A stretch of 64,000 bases of DNA from Saccostrea cucullata (lineage: Eukaryota). This document shows positions 12,183 through 24,545 of this stretch, in pieces. The stretch is taken from NCBI RefSeq assembly GCF_032062105.1, contig NW_026930000.1, forward strand, positions 1 to 64,000, in the 5' to 3' direction. Made by a program: the position numbers and the translations under genes. Under the pieces are notes generated by a model. The model saw only the letters and a program-made list of their open reading frames with translations. It did not search any database and was not told the origin of the DNA. Position 1 is the stretch's first letter. Each line of letters begins with the position of its first letter.

Positions 12183-14424
12183 TTAGTTGCTATAATCAAC
12201 TGTGACTACAGATTCTGATTTTAGAGGATCGACCTCCAGTTTGTCTACAGACAAGGAATTTTCTTTTCCAAATTGCCTCCGTTTTTCGGATGATTGAAAC
12301 TTTGCGTCCGAAACAGCGTAAATAAGACGATCCCAAAACAAGAAGTCATTTAGTTTAAGGTAGGTATGAGTTTGTAAGAAATGCTTCATTTCCGGTTCAA
12401 GAGTATCAATTTTAAGATTGTTCATCAGAATAACAATTAAATGGCGTTTCGATCTTTCCAGGAGCGTCTGATGAAAAGCTTTTCGGAATTCCAATAGGCA
12501 CCACTCGCTCTGCAGAAAATTTTCGGACAACACAATTATCGTGTGTCTGCTTTTCTCAACACTTTCAATGATGTTGTCCGATATACAGGCCCCAAGAACA
12601 AAGTGTTTATGGTGAAGACAAAGCCTAAGTTTTTCCAAGCGCTTACAAAGAGTTCCCAAGACCCAACTCTCATCCAATGTACTATAGGATATGAAGGCGT
12701 CGTACTCCTTTAATCGAATATTGGCACTTCTTTTTTGTCTCCAGAGGCGGATCCCAAGTCTCGTGTAGGACAACATTTTGATTTCCCTCCTAAACATAAT
12801 GACAATACAAATAAGGGCGAAAACTGCCAGAACAATCAGAATGATGAACGAGATATTCGGGTATTCTGGACAGAGAAGCTCGGCGTCAAGGGATTTGAAG
12901 GTCATATTAGGGTATTCGGATATTTCTGGACAGAGAAGTTTAGCGTCAAGAGATTTGAATGTCATCCCTTGTAAAGTCGATGGAAATGAGCAAGTTTCGT
13001 TTGCAAGAAATCGATAAGGCTTTGCCCATTTTTCTTCGAACTTGTTCTTGACAAAGCGAAGTATTTCTTCATGATCGTTCTCGCAGGTGCAAGAAAATAT
13101 GTTCTTAGAAAAATCAATTAGTATGTCATTAGCATGTCTTAGTTTGTCTAACAAGGTCATAGTGATTTTGGAAATGTTGTTGTGATGTAAAATGATTTTT
13201 ACACCGCTATGGTGTGGATTCCTTAGATATGGGATTTCTTTTATTCTGTTATACGAAAGATCAATTATTTCGATGGATTCAAATCGTCGAAACCAGTTGT
13301 ACTCTGTAAAGTGGGTTGGTATAAAGTGTAAATTCGCGTTTGAGAAATTTGCAATACGCAAGTTCTTAAACTTTCCAAAACGTAGAAAATAAAATATTTC
13401 ATTCTCCGAATTTTCGTATAAAAAGGACAACTTCGACTGAAAAACAGACTTTTCGTACACTTCCAATTCGTTGTAATCACAGGTATTTCCGACAGGTAAG
13501 TCTTGAAATCCGTCAAAATCGCCTTCAAAACTTGTTTTACTCTGTTTTAAGACACGAAGTCCTCGAGGAAAGAAGGTCACGCAGCCGTAAAGTCTCTGTA
13601 ACCAATCTGAATGCTGAAGAATGCTTTTGGTATCGTACAAGTACGAAGAATTTGTAATTTCCAAAACTCGTAATGTCATGTTGGTGTCCTCAGTGGCATC
13701 AGCATTTCTCAGAACTTGTTCTTCAAACTTTGAAAATATCCCCTCTATTTTAAGACAATCTTTTATTCGTAGTTCTGTCAGATTCCTGGCATTTATTGGA
13801 TGGGTGAGTACGAGTTGTCCACCTTTACATGCAATATTCAAATGTATCGCTGGGTGGCTCTGTGACAGGGTCCACTGGCGGAATTCTGAAAATCTCCACT
13901 CAGAACGCACCTCACAGTTAATTTCCAGAACGAACCCCTTGTCATTGTAAATGCAAGAACTAAATATATCGGTAGTGGCATTTGATTTAGGAGTGTAATT
14001 GAAAGAACAAAGTATTTCGGTAATTGCATTTGATTTTCCAATTACCAGCACCAACGCAATCGCCATAAAAAGCATTTTTAATACGCAATAATGACGCCAA
14101 CCTGTAAAAAGTAACGTTAAAAACTTTAAAAGAAATGTACATATGCCGGTATGCGTTTCCTGTTTTTTTTTAAAAACAGTTATGAATTAAATCCTGCAGA
14201 TTAAAGCATGCTTACATGCGTGTACTTTAGACGTTTAATTTTGCACATGTACGTCCTTTGATTCATGACACTTTACACAAATTGAAAAAAAGTGAAATGC
14301 TTTAAAAAAAAAAATGATAATAAAAAGTTAAACACATTAAGAAACAACTAATTTAATATAAGAAAATAGAATTAAGAATTATATGCAATTTTTGCAAATT
14401 TAATTTCTTACCAGTTGATAACAT
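12183..14424 (-). CDS. Toll-like receptor (signal peptide, few LRRs, LRRCT, TM, TIR), about 643 aa
   Basis: 13-nt first coding exon 14424-14412 (ATG TTA TCA ACT G|gtaag) spliced in phase to 14101-12183. LRR motifs (LRIANFSNANL, IIDLSYNRI, ILHHNNI), LRRCT (NIFSCTC...TCSFPSTLQG...LCP), TM (IILIVLAVFALICIVIMF), TIR (YDAFISYS, SRHTIIVLSENFLQSEWCLLEF, FWDRL). Confidence 0.93.
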
Positions 14425-15832
14425 TTCGTTTACATTGTTCAGTCCGAATGCAAACGGAGAATAAATCGTTGGAATATATAACGAGTTAATTCCCGGATCA
14501 TTTTTTTTTGTCAGAAACATTATTTGTTATGCATCATGATTTTTCGTTAAAAGGTCGGAGATTGGAACACATCACCGGGGTATATAATTAATATTAATTA
14601 AGTTAACAATTTGTCATCAATTATCATGTTTACATGAACCGATTGTTCAAAATACGATTGCAATGGAAAGATATAGAAAACATTTAAAATATGCAGCATT
14701 CTCGTCATTTCTGTATAGTTAATTTGAAGTGACAACTATACAGATACAAAAAATGTTAACTTAAATTGCCTGAAAAATGTTTTCATACTTACTATGATAT
14801 GAAGAAGCAGTGTGCTCTCAAACGCTAGGTACGTTTAAATGCACTGCAATTCATTATTGACATCGTTTTAATTTAATCTTCTTTTATTTTACATTTAAAT
14901 TTCCACACAATTTTTTTTTTTCAACCAGACTGATCTTTTGAAAAATTCTTGCATTCAGGAGGTATTTAAGAGGGGTTATTTTCCCCTCTCACAATAAATT
15001 TCATCCACCTGCCCCAACTTCATAACATATCTTAACACTCCTTTCAATATTCAAACAACAGCGAATTTATTGAACTGTAAATTTACCTTCGTACATTTGT
15101 ATTATTTTTAGGACTGTCTAGTCATCACCAAGACGATTAAGTGTCCGGTTATATTTAACTAGGGATGGAAATATCTTTTTTTAAACCACAAATGATGCCA
15201 GAATTCTCATTTTCAAAGAAAATTATTTGAGCAGCTGTTGCGGATAATTTATGCATTATTCAAATGAGAGCGTAAACAAAACTTTACGTAATTACGCCTA
15301 TACGTAGCCAAAATAATTCAAGATTCTAGCATATGATTAGCCATGTCTGTCGTATACCTTTCCAAAAACGGTTTGAAATTTCTTCTTTTTTTTTGCCCCA
15401 CCTCATGGCCAGTACGCATGTGGTTTGAAAAGAACTGAGATTGTCTTCTGAACTTTCCTGTGTTGAGGCCAACGAATATTCAGTTTGATTTGTTGTGACC
15501 TTTCATAAAGGAAAACAGTAGGTGTTTGTAAAATAATGATGACCCTCCCCTATATAGCAGCTTTTTGCGAAGGTTAAAGTTTTTATAAATGCAAGTCAAA
15601 CTCCTAGGTCAAAAAATATTTATACTGATGGAAAGATGTTGTCACAATTCAAAGGTAAATAATAATAAGAAGAAACAGAGTAAAAACAATATGTTCCCCT
15701 AAACGAACATATCTTTTGCATTGCACCTTGGGAAGAGTCAATTCTGGTTCTGTAATTCGTGCATTCCCTTTTCCCTCCCACCCCCCTCTCTCTCTCTTTG
15801 TTATTCTTTCTTTGTTGTTTCTTTTGAAATAA

Positions 15833-16250
15833 ACATTACTATTCATCTGAGCAAACTTAGACCATGTTATTTGCAGTATGAAGGTCTGGAGAAGTCCATA
15901 ATGTCTAAATTACGTTGGGTTTATTGTAGAAACCAAGAAGACTAATTTGAGTCACTTTATTTATTCGGATCCGGCATATAATGACCGAATTGTAATTCAT
16001 ATAGAAAATTATTGAAAATGAAATGAACAAAATAATGATACATCTTTGATGAAACGCACGGGGTTTGTAAAGAATACGGAAATGAAACAATAGCCCATCA
16101 ATAATTAAAACTGTACGTTCAGATGCGGCTACTCTTGACTTGGAATTCGATAAACCCGATTTACATGTACCGAATTGCAATCCCGACTGGAAATCTGACA
16201 AGTAATCTGAACGTATAGCCATTTTCGCAATAATCCATTAACAATTTTGT
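15833..16250. repeat. About 420-bp segment present three times (also 17446-17857 and 24930-25336)
   Basis: Shared text such as 'gagcaaac.tag', 'catctttgatgaaac', 'atagccattttcgcaataatcc'; no conserved ORF. Confidence 0.75.
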
Positions 16251-16574
16251 CAACGAAAAAAAAATTGGTCAACCAGTTTTACTCGTAAAAAGGCGTCACT
16301 CCTTTGAGTCTATAGGGGACACAGATTCAAGGAGTTCGTTTGGTGTCCCTCGGATAACCCTCAGGGATATTAAACATGTGTCACATGTTGAGTTTTCAGA
16401 TCCCAGTTTTGGTATAAAACCAAAATTTTGTACAAAAAATTGAAAAAATGCAAGGTTTCTACATGTTGAGTCTTCAGATCCCAATTTTGGTATAAAACCA
16501 AAACTTTATACAAAAAAATTGAAAGAATGCAAGGTTTCTATTACAGATATATTTGAAGATTCCTTTTCGGATCC

Positions 16575-18240
16575 CATGTGATCTATTTCAAAATGTTCTG
16601 AAAAAAAACCCTGTAAAACCTATGACATTTTGATAACTAACTCTCATTCACTGGTAATCTTACTGAACAGAGCTCTTATACCAAAACTTGGGAAAATCTG
16701 AACCCGCGAGTCTTCTAATTTAGAACGTAATATGTGTGGACTTATTTATGGTGGTGAAACCATCGATCACTTGATAAAATACTAAAAATATCAGTTCATA
16801 GATTTCAAATAAACAATGGGGGCCAGCAGCTTTTATACAAGCATTTTAATTAACCTGATAATTTTATTTGGTCAATGAAAGTTAGAATTCTAGAAAAGTT
16901 TTACCATCATACCAACAGTCCTTCACAGCACACCTTTCCATTGACAAATAATTCTTCTAGAATATTATATAAATATTGCATGTAGTTGAGTGTAACATTG
17001 AAAATTTTCACCCCAAGAAAACCATTGTCAACCGAGGCGCAGCCGAGGTTGACAATGGTTTTCGAGGGGTGAAAATTTTCAATGTTACACTCAACTACAT
17101 GCAATATTTATTATATTATACTGAATGTTTTATACAAATACATATTACAGTGAACTGTGCGCGCATAAATTTCGCGCAGTCGCTATTTTTTTGAATACCA
17201 CCCGTCGTCAAGCAATGTTGACTGTTGCTACGCAGGAGGGTGTGGCTTCATTATTCAGCGGGTAGTAGTGTTTTTATCAAATGTTCCTCGACGAATCAGA
17301 ATCAAGTAATTTACATGAAAGTATAATATACAAGATTAACGATGGTCATATACCATTCCAAAAAACGGCTTGAAAGAATTTTGGATTAGAAAACTTGGGA
17401 AAGTCTTTCCCTATGGATCAAATGATAATGTCGATAGTGTTGGAAATATTACTATTCATATGAGCAAACCTAGGCTTGTTATTTGCAGTATGGAGTTCTG
17501 GAGAAGCCCATAATGTCCAAATTTATTGCAGAAACCACTACGACAAGGTAACCGCATTTCAAATACCGGTAACTGATTTGAGCCACTTTATTCACTCGGA
17601 TCCGGCATAAAAATGACCGAATTGTAATTCATTTTGAAATTTCTATGAAATGAACAAAATAATGACACATCTTTGATGAAACGCACGGAGTTTGTAAAGA
17701 ATACGGAAATGAAACAATAGCCCATCAATAATTAAAACTGTACGCTCAGATGTGGCTACTCTTGACTTGGAATTCGATAAACCCAATTTACCGAATTGTA
17801 ATCCCGACTGGAAATCTGGCAAGTAATTTGAACATATAGCCATTTTCGCAATAATCCTCCACTGAGCACACATTTCCGTTGACAACGAGAAGAATTTTGG
17901 ATTAGAAAACTTGGGAAAGTCTTTCCCTATGGATTAAATGATAATGTTGATAGTGTTGGAAATCTTTCCAGTCCACTGTGTAACAATCTAAACGTAATGG
18001 GACTTTTTAACCATACACGGAGACGTAGAAGTAGTCATGGGCATCGGCTTTCATACACGATGTTTCTTTTGATTCAATACTACTGTATGTAAATCAACAG
18101 TTAGGTCTACATCATATTCGCACCAAACTTTGACACTTTGTCAGAGTGGATTAAATGTGTCGTATCAATGTTACTATCGCTTATTAAAAGATTCAGGGGC
18201 AATGTGAAAACCATTTATCCTTCTGTATTCAACATCTAGA
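16575..18240 (+). mobile_element. Fragmented Penelope-like element, GIY-YIG endonuclease region (Naiad/Chlamys-type inferred)
   Basis: Degenerate + strand translation: CGLIYGGET, QINNGGQQLLYKHFN, SMKVRILEKFYH (16730-16945), then REEFWIRKLGKVFPYGLND.V..VGN (17378 and 17885), RRRRSSHGHR, LGLHHIRTKL. Interrupted by a hairpin element and a duplicated segment. Confidence 0.65.
16969..17329. mobile_element. Palindromic element (143-bp hairpin with central GAGGCGCAGCCGAG plus about 210-bp tail)
   Basis: Near-perfect inverted repeat 16969-17111. The tail 17140-17329 recurs at about 11485-11700, with a decayed half-hairpin at about 11175-11232. Confidence 0.75.
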
Positions 18241-18298
18241 AGTGAAAAAAGAATTAAATAGATTACTTTATCAATACATTATCTTTGTAAGGTTCATT

Positions 18299-19078
18299 AT
18301 TGTCCGTCTGTCCGTCCGTCACAAAAACTTTAACCTTGCCCATAACTTTTGATTTAGTGGAGCTATGACTTTCATATTTCACATGTTTATTGTCCCCCGC
18401 TTTCGCCATCGTCGGAAACCCACGGGTGATCTCTTTACTTTCGCTTTCATATTTCACATGTGTAGTCCTTGTGATAAGACCTTTCTGTGGGTACCACCAA
18501 ATTTGACCTTTTGACCTTGGAGTTTGACCCACTTTTACACAAATCTCCCAAACTTTTACTTTGGCCATAACTTTTGAATGGTACACACTAGGTCTTTCAT
18601 ATTTCACATATGTATTCTTTGTGGCAAGACCTTTCATTGGATACCAACAACTTTGACCTTTTGACCTTGGAGATTTCCGTACTTGTAAAAAAAATAACCT
18701 TGACCATAACTTTTGAATGGTAAGGGCTAGGGCTTTTATACTTCATATATGTAATTCTTGTGAGAAGACCTTTCATTGGATACCAAGAACTTTGACCCTT
18801 TGACCTTGACCTTGGAGTTTTAACTACTTTCTAAAAACGTTAACCTTGGTCACAACTTTTGAAGGTAGATACTAGGACTTTCATATTTCACATATGTATT
18901 CTTTGTGGCAAGACCTTTCATTGGATACCAAGAACTTTGACCCTTTGACCTTGAAGTTTGACGTATACATTTAAAAAACTTTAACCTTGGCCATAACGTT
19001 TGAAAGGTTAGGGTTAGCGTTTTTATTCTTCACATATGTAATACTTGTGCCAAGTACTTTCTTAAGAAACCAACAACT
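18299..19078 (+). mobile_element. HINE-like element with about 5 internal 142-149 bp tandem units, 3'-truncated
   Basis: (gtcc)n microsatellite then repeated 'ctttcatatttcacat...aagacctttc...tttgaccttggag' units; ends abruptly at the TLR fragment. Confidence 0.75.
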
Positions 19079-19079
19079 C

Positions 19080-19440
19080 GGTGGCATCAGAATTCCTTAG
19101 AAATGGTTCTTTAAAATTTGCAAAGATCCCCTTAATTTCAAGACAATCTCTTATCCGTAGTTCTGTCAGATTCCTGGCATTTATTGGATGAGTGAGTTAT
19201 CCACCTTTACATACGATATTCAAATGTATCGCTGGGTGGCTCTGTGACAGGGTCCACTGGCGGAATTCTGAAAATCTCCACTCCGAACGCTCCTCACAGT
19301 TGACTTTCAGAAGGGTACCATTGTCTATGTATGTGGAAGAACTAAGTATATTGGCAATTATGGCATTCGATTTTTCAATTACCAGCACCAATGCAATCGC
19401 CGTGAAAAGAATTTTTGATACACAAAAATGAAACAATCTG
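19080..19440 (-). pseudogene. TLR pseudogene fragment (5' part of a paralogue of 12183-14424)
   Basis: Near-identical block SEWRFSEFRQWTLSQSHPAIHLNI; CAA-to-TAA nonsense at 19197-19199; small deletions; homology stops at about 19080. Confidence 0.88.
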
Positions 19441-19738
19441 TAATAGTGATGTTAAAAAAGTTTACAGAAATATATTTACATTCGGAGTAATTTTCTTTAT
19501 GAAATCCATTAGAAATACACGACATTAAAATCTCTATACACATGCGAAACCTTGTCACCGCGCGTTAGAATATATACACAGTAGGAACTACATTTACATG
19601 TATATGCATTTTTGATACTCGAGGAACACCAAAATATAGAGTGTTTTGACTCAATTTAATAAACATAGGTAATCAGAGATTACAGAGCTCACCTCAACGA
19701 ATGTTGTCTTTAAGTAAGGCAAAGTCACACAATTAACC

Positions 19739-21550
19739 AACAAGAAGTGTACATTCCAAAAATGAAAATATTTAAGCAATTTTAATCTGATTTTGAAATA
19801 GAACTACATAAAAAATTTAAACTAGTTCTTCTTCATGAAAATGTAATTAAAATCCAGCATCTGAAGCAAATTTGAGAGTTTTCATCTCTTGATGCAACAT
19901 TTGTGCAAGTTTGGTTTATACAATGATATATAAGCCTTATAGTTTTTTGGTAATAGACCTGCACCCATAACTTTTACCTGGTCTATTATCTGAAAATGTA
20001 TGTCGAATTCAGCATCCGAAGCAAACCCTGTAGTGTGCATCCTTAGATGGATCATCCATGCAAGTTTGGTCAACATAGGGCTTATTGTTAATTGGAAATG
20101 AAACATGCATCAAAAACTAACATTTTCACTCATCAACAAAAAGTAGGTCAGATTCAGCATCTGAAGCAAGCCCAGTAGTATGCATCCTTATATGTATCAT
20201 CCACGCAAGTTTGGTCATTAAAGAACTCATAGTTACTTGGAAATGAACTTTAACCTATTCACTCAACTGGAAAATGTAGGTCAGATTCAGCATCCGAAGC
20301 AAAGTATGCATCCTTAGATATATCATCCATGCAAGTTTGGTCAACATAGGGCGTATAGTTACTTGGAAATGAAACCTGCACCAAAAACTTTAACCTGTTC
20401 ACTCAACCAGAAAATATTGGTCAGATTCAGCATCCGAAGCAAGCCCTGTAGTGTGCATCCTTAGATGTATCATCCATGCAAGTTTGGTCAACATAGGGCT
20501 TATAGTTACTTGGAAATGAAACCTGCACCAAAAACTTTAACCTGTTCACTCAACTGCAAAATGCAGGTCAGAATTAGTATCCGAAGCAAACCTGGTAGTA
20601 TGCATCCTTACAGGCATCATTCATGCAAGTTTGGTCAACATAGGGCTTATAGTTACTTGGAAATGAAACCTGCACCAAAAACTTTAACCTGTTCACTCAA
20701 CCAGAAAATGTAGGTCAGATTAAGCATCCGAAGCAAGCCCTGTAGTGTGCATCCTTAGATGTATTATCCATGCAAGTTTGGTCAACATAGGGCTTATAGT
20801 TACTTGGAAATGAAACCTGCACCAAAAACTTTAACTTGTTCACTCAACTGGAAAATGTAGGTCAGATTCAGCATCCGAAGCAATCCCGGTAGTGTGCATC
20901 CTTAGATGTATTATCCATGCAAGTTTGGTCAACATAGGGCTTATAGTTACTTGGAAATGAAACCTGCACCAAAAACTTTAACTTGTTCACTCAACTGGAA
21001 AATGTAGGTCAGATTCAGCATCCGAAGCAATCCCGGTAGTGTGCATCCTTAGATGTATCATCCATGCAAGTTTGGTCAACATAGGGCTTATAGACTTGGA
21101 AATGAAACCTGCACCAAAAACTTTAACCTGTTCACTCAACCGTAAAATGTAGGTCAGATTCAGCATCCGAAGCAAGCCTGGTAGTATGCATTCTTAGATG
21201 TATCATCTATGCAAGTTTGGTCAACATAGGGCTTATAGTTACTTGGAAATAAAACCTACACCAAAAACTGCACCAAAAATGTTAACCTGCTCCAAAAACA
21301 TTAACCTGGTCATTCCTTTGCTGAAATTGCAGCATCTGAAACTTTGACTGGTACAATGAAACACACTAGAACCATCTTCCATGCATGTCTAATCAATATA
21401 GGACATAGAAGTACTTAAAAAGAAAACTGCTCCAAAAAACTTAACCTTAACCTGGGACGCCGACGCCGACACCGACGCCGACACCGACACCGACGCCGAC
21501 GCCGAGGGTATTACATAAGTTCCCCCAACTTCGTTGAGGTGAGCTAAAAA
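19739..21550 (-). mobile_element. HINE/Helentron-like element with a 147-bp tandem array (about 10 units)
   Basis: 'gcaagtttggtcaacatagg' at 20331, 20478, 20625, 20772, 20919, 21066 (exact 147 spacing) and 21211; (gacgcc/gacacc)n microsatellite and 'ggtgagctaaaaa' terminus at 21550. Confidence 0.85.
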
Positions 21551-21681
21551 CTATAATCCTGTTAAAGTGACGTATAAATACAACAAATATGCATTTCTAA
21601 TTAATTAGTAACTTTTTTCCCTCGCAATGTTCGTTTGTGCCATTTAACTTTGCAACGTCACAAACGGCTCTTAAGTCTTTT

Positions 21682-24545
21682 TTGTACCATAGGACTGGCG
21701 GTAAATTCAGATTTTACTTTGATGTTGCTGTGGTGTATTTGCCAGAAGAACCACAGTTTTTAAGTCCCGCCCACAATTTGGCATCAAGCCATAATACATG
21801 TAACAAGACCTTGACTGATGAAGAAATGATGTTTATTTCAAAACCTTGGCAATAACTGATAAATGAGTTTAGTCAACAGTTTAAACTTCAAGAATACTAA
21901 ATTAATTTGTCGACATTCGCTCCGTATTTTACTAAGTGTATCCTGTTAACTTGATACGTTCTATCTCGAATTGCCTTAATTCTTATTCTTGTCTCCAAAT
22001 AGTAATTTCACATTAAACATGTTTAAGGTTCCCGTCTTTTTTACTTGACATTGGCGTCGGAAGACTCGGAACCTGGGAGTGGGGGGGGGGGGGGGGGGGG
22101 GGGGCTAAGCCCCCCCCCTTTTTTGCAAACATAGACATGTATAATATGTAGGCATTTAAAATTGGGAATTGGGGTTTCCCTTTTTTTGTTGGTTTAACCC
22201 CCCCCCCCCCCCCCCCCCGCCCTTAAATTTGCTTCCGACGCCTATGCTTGCAGTACCATTCAAACTTTATAAAATGTCAGAAATCATTTCGCGGTTTTTG
22301 TACATTGATCGCTATAAATGAAAAGTTCAGTCGGCGATGTTTTCCGTTGACCCCCCCCCCCCCCCCCCCCCGCCCTAAAAAAACATTAAAAAAATCGATC
22401 TTCGAAAGGAATAACAACCTAAAATTAAATAGTTTGCGATCGCTACATCTGTTCCTGACAAAAATCAAGTCCTCTGTCTAAGCTGCAACATCTTCACACG
22501 TACCCAACAAGAAAACATTGATGTAACCATCAATTGTCGCCCGGGAATTATATAAATTAAACTATGAAAATGAGTCTTGATCAACAAACCGCTTCGATAT
22601 GTGTAAAACGACATGCGTCTAATTGATGGAGACGACAGTCGCAAATATTTTTAAATACTTGTAGTCGGATAAAAATTAATCAAAAACGATTTCATTTTAA
22701 ACTTGATCAATTCCTCAAGTAAATGTTGGCTGCATAAAATATCAAATGAAGTTAGACACACGCATCACTTACATTTAAAAATGTATTTATTTTCAATTTT
22801 AGAATATAAAACACGAACTGTGCAGAGAACGTTTTTATCCGAGAAGTAAAATTCGATGTTCTAAATAAAGGGACCTGTCGTTGTTACGATACTAAATGAT
22901 AAGTAACTTTATATATTAAATATGAAAAACATATATATTCTTACCGATTCACTTTATGAAAGTAAATATATTATGTATCTCGTAATTTATACACGGAAAG
23001 AACATTCTGATTAACAATCTTTTCAATGTTTAGAAAACCTTTGATTCTACATAACTACTCCCACCCCAATCCCCATACACCAACACTTAAACTTATATGT
23101 ATAGAGCAGCCCGGTCCTCCGGGCTGCAATAATGATCAGTCATTCCGATTATTTGATCGTCGATACCCCAGACGCAGCATTCAAACTACGATCCTTTCAG
23201 GTGGAGAAAGGTATTTATACAGACTCCGGACCATGCTTGACAGGAGGAAGTGGGCGGTGCTAACTGTCAACCAGCTTTTCTCTCATTGGTAACTTACACA
23301 ATAGATATTAATTGGTTAATGGTAAATACACTCACAGTTTTTAATTCACTCGGGGCTCCGCCCCTCGTGAATTAAAAACTGTGAGTGTATTTACCATTAA
23401 CCAATTGATATCTATAGTGTAACTATAACAAGCATGTCAGTTTTGAAGGGCGCTAAATTTACATTAAAGATTATTGTACCATAGGACTGGCGGTAAATTC
23501 AGATTTTACTTTGATGTTGCTGTGGTGTATTTGCCAGAAGAACCACAGTTTTTAAGTCACGCCCACAATTTGGCATCAAGCCATAATGTATGTAACAAGA
23601 CCTTGACTGATGAATGAATGATGCTAATTTCAAAACCTTGGCAATAACTGATGAGTTTAGTCAACATTTTAAACTTCAAGAATACTAACATCAATTTGTC
23701 GACATTCGCTCCGTATTTTACTAAGCGTATCCTGTTAACATTATACGTTCTATCTCGAATTGCCTTAATTCTTATTCTTGTCTCCAAATAGTAATTTCAC
23801 ATTAAACATGTTAAGGTCCCCCTTTTTTTTTAATTGACATAGGCGTCGGAACCGGGGGGGTAAGCCAAGTAAGCAAAGATAGACATAATGTATAGGCATT
23901 TAAAATTGGGGTTTACCTTTTTTTGTTGGTTTAGCCCCCTCCCTTCAATTTGCCACCGATGCTTGCAGTACCATTCAAACTTTATAAAATGTCAGAAATC
24001 ATTTCGCGGTTTTTGTACATTGATCACTATAAATGAAAAGTTAAATCGGAGATGTTTTCCACTGAACCACCCCCCAACCCCCAACCCCCAACCCCCCCCC
24101 CCCCCCCCCCAAAAAAAAAATAAAATCGGTCTTCGAAAAAAAAAATATTTTACGATCGCTACCTCTGTTCCTGACAAAAATCAAGCCCTCTGTCTAAGCT
24201 GCAACATCTTCACACGTACCCAATAATGATCAATCATTCCGATTTTTTTTTTTTGATCGACGATACATGTACTCCAGATGCAGCATTCAAAATACGATCC
24301 CTTCAGATAGAGAAAGGTATTTATACAGACTCCGGACCATGGCTTGACAGAATGAAGTGGGCGGTGCTAACTGTCAACCAGCTTTTCTCTCATTGGTCCT
24401 TTGGTACAAGTAACTTACACAATAGATATTAATTGGTTAATGGTAAATACACTCAAATTCACTCGGGGCTCCGCCCCTCGTGAATTAAAAACTGTGAGTG
24501 TATTTACCATTAACCAATTAATATCTATAGTGTAACTATAACAAG
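21682..24545. repeat. Local tandem segmental duplication
   Basis: 21682-22505 matches 23477-24224 and 23130-23432 matches 24225-24545; the second copy lacks 22505-23130. Confidence 0.85.
23294..23422. mobile_element. 129-bp hairpin MITE (second copy 24414-24535)
   Basis: About 55-bp near-perfect arms around tcggggctccgcccctc. Confidence 0.75.

Noticed and set aside
16044-16095. SECIS element (ATGA...AAA...TGA)
   Set aside because: Spacing is too long, there is no pairing stem, and it is not conserved in the third copy.
16907-17194. Mirror ORFs MHVVECNIENF on both strands
   Set aside because: Artefact of the palindromic element. Likewise ORFs 1160-1387 and 1231-1500.
16290-18240. Decayed LRR/TLR pseudogene on the minus strand
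   Set aside because: The LRR-like words were weak; the + strand gives much stronger GIY-YIG/Penelope motifs.
19856-21340. CRISPR-like regular array
   Set aside because: Whole 147-bp units repeat with no unique spacers; eukaryotic context and no cas genes. The same applies to the 40-bp array at 33390-34035.
21805-21855. Hammerhead ribozyme (CTGATGA + stem + AAAC)
   Set aside because: Lacks the invariant GAAA, and the stem is not conserved in the duplicate at about 23608.
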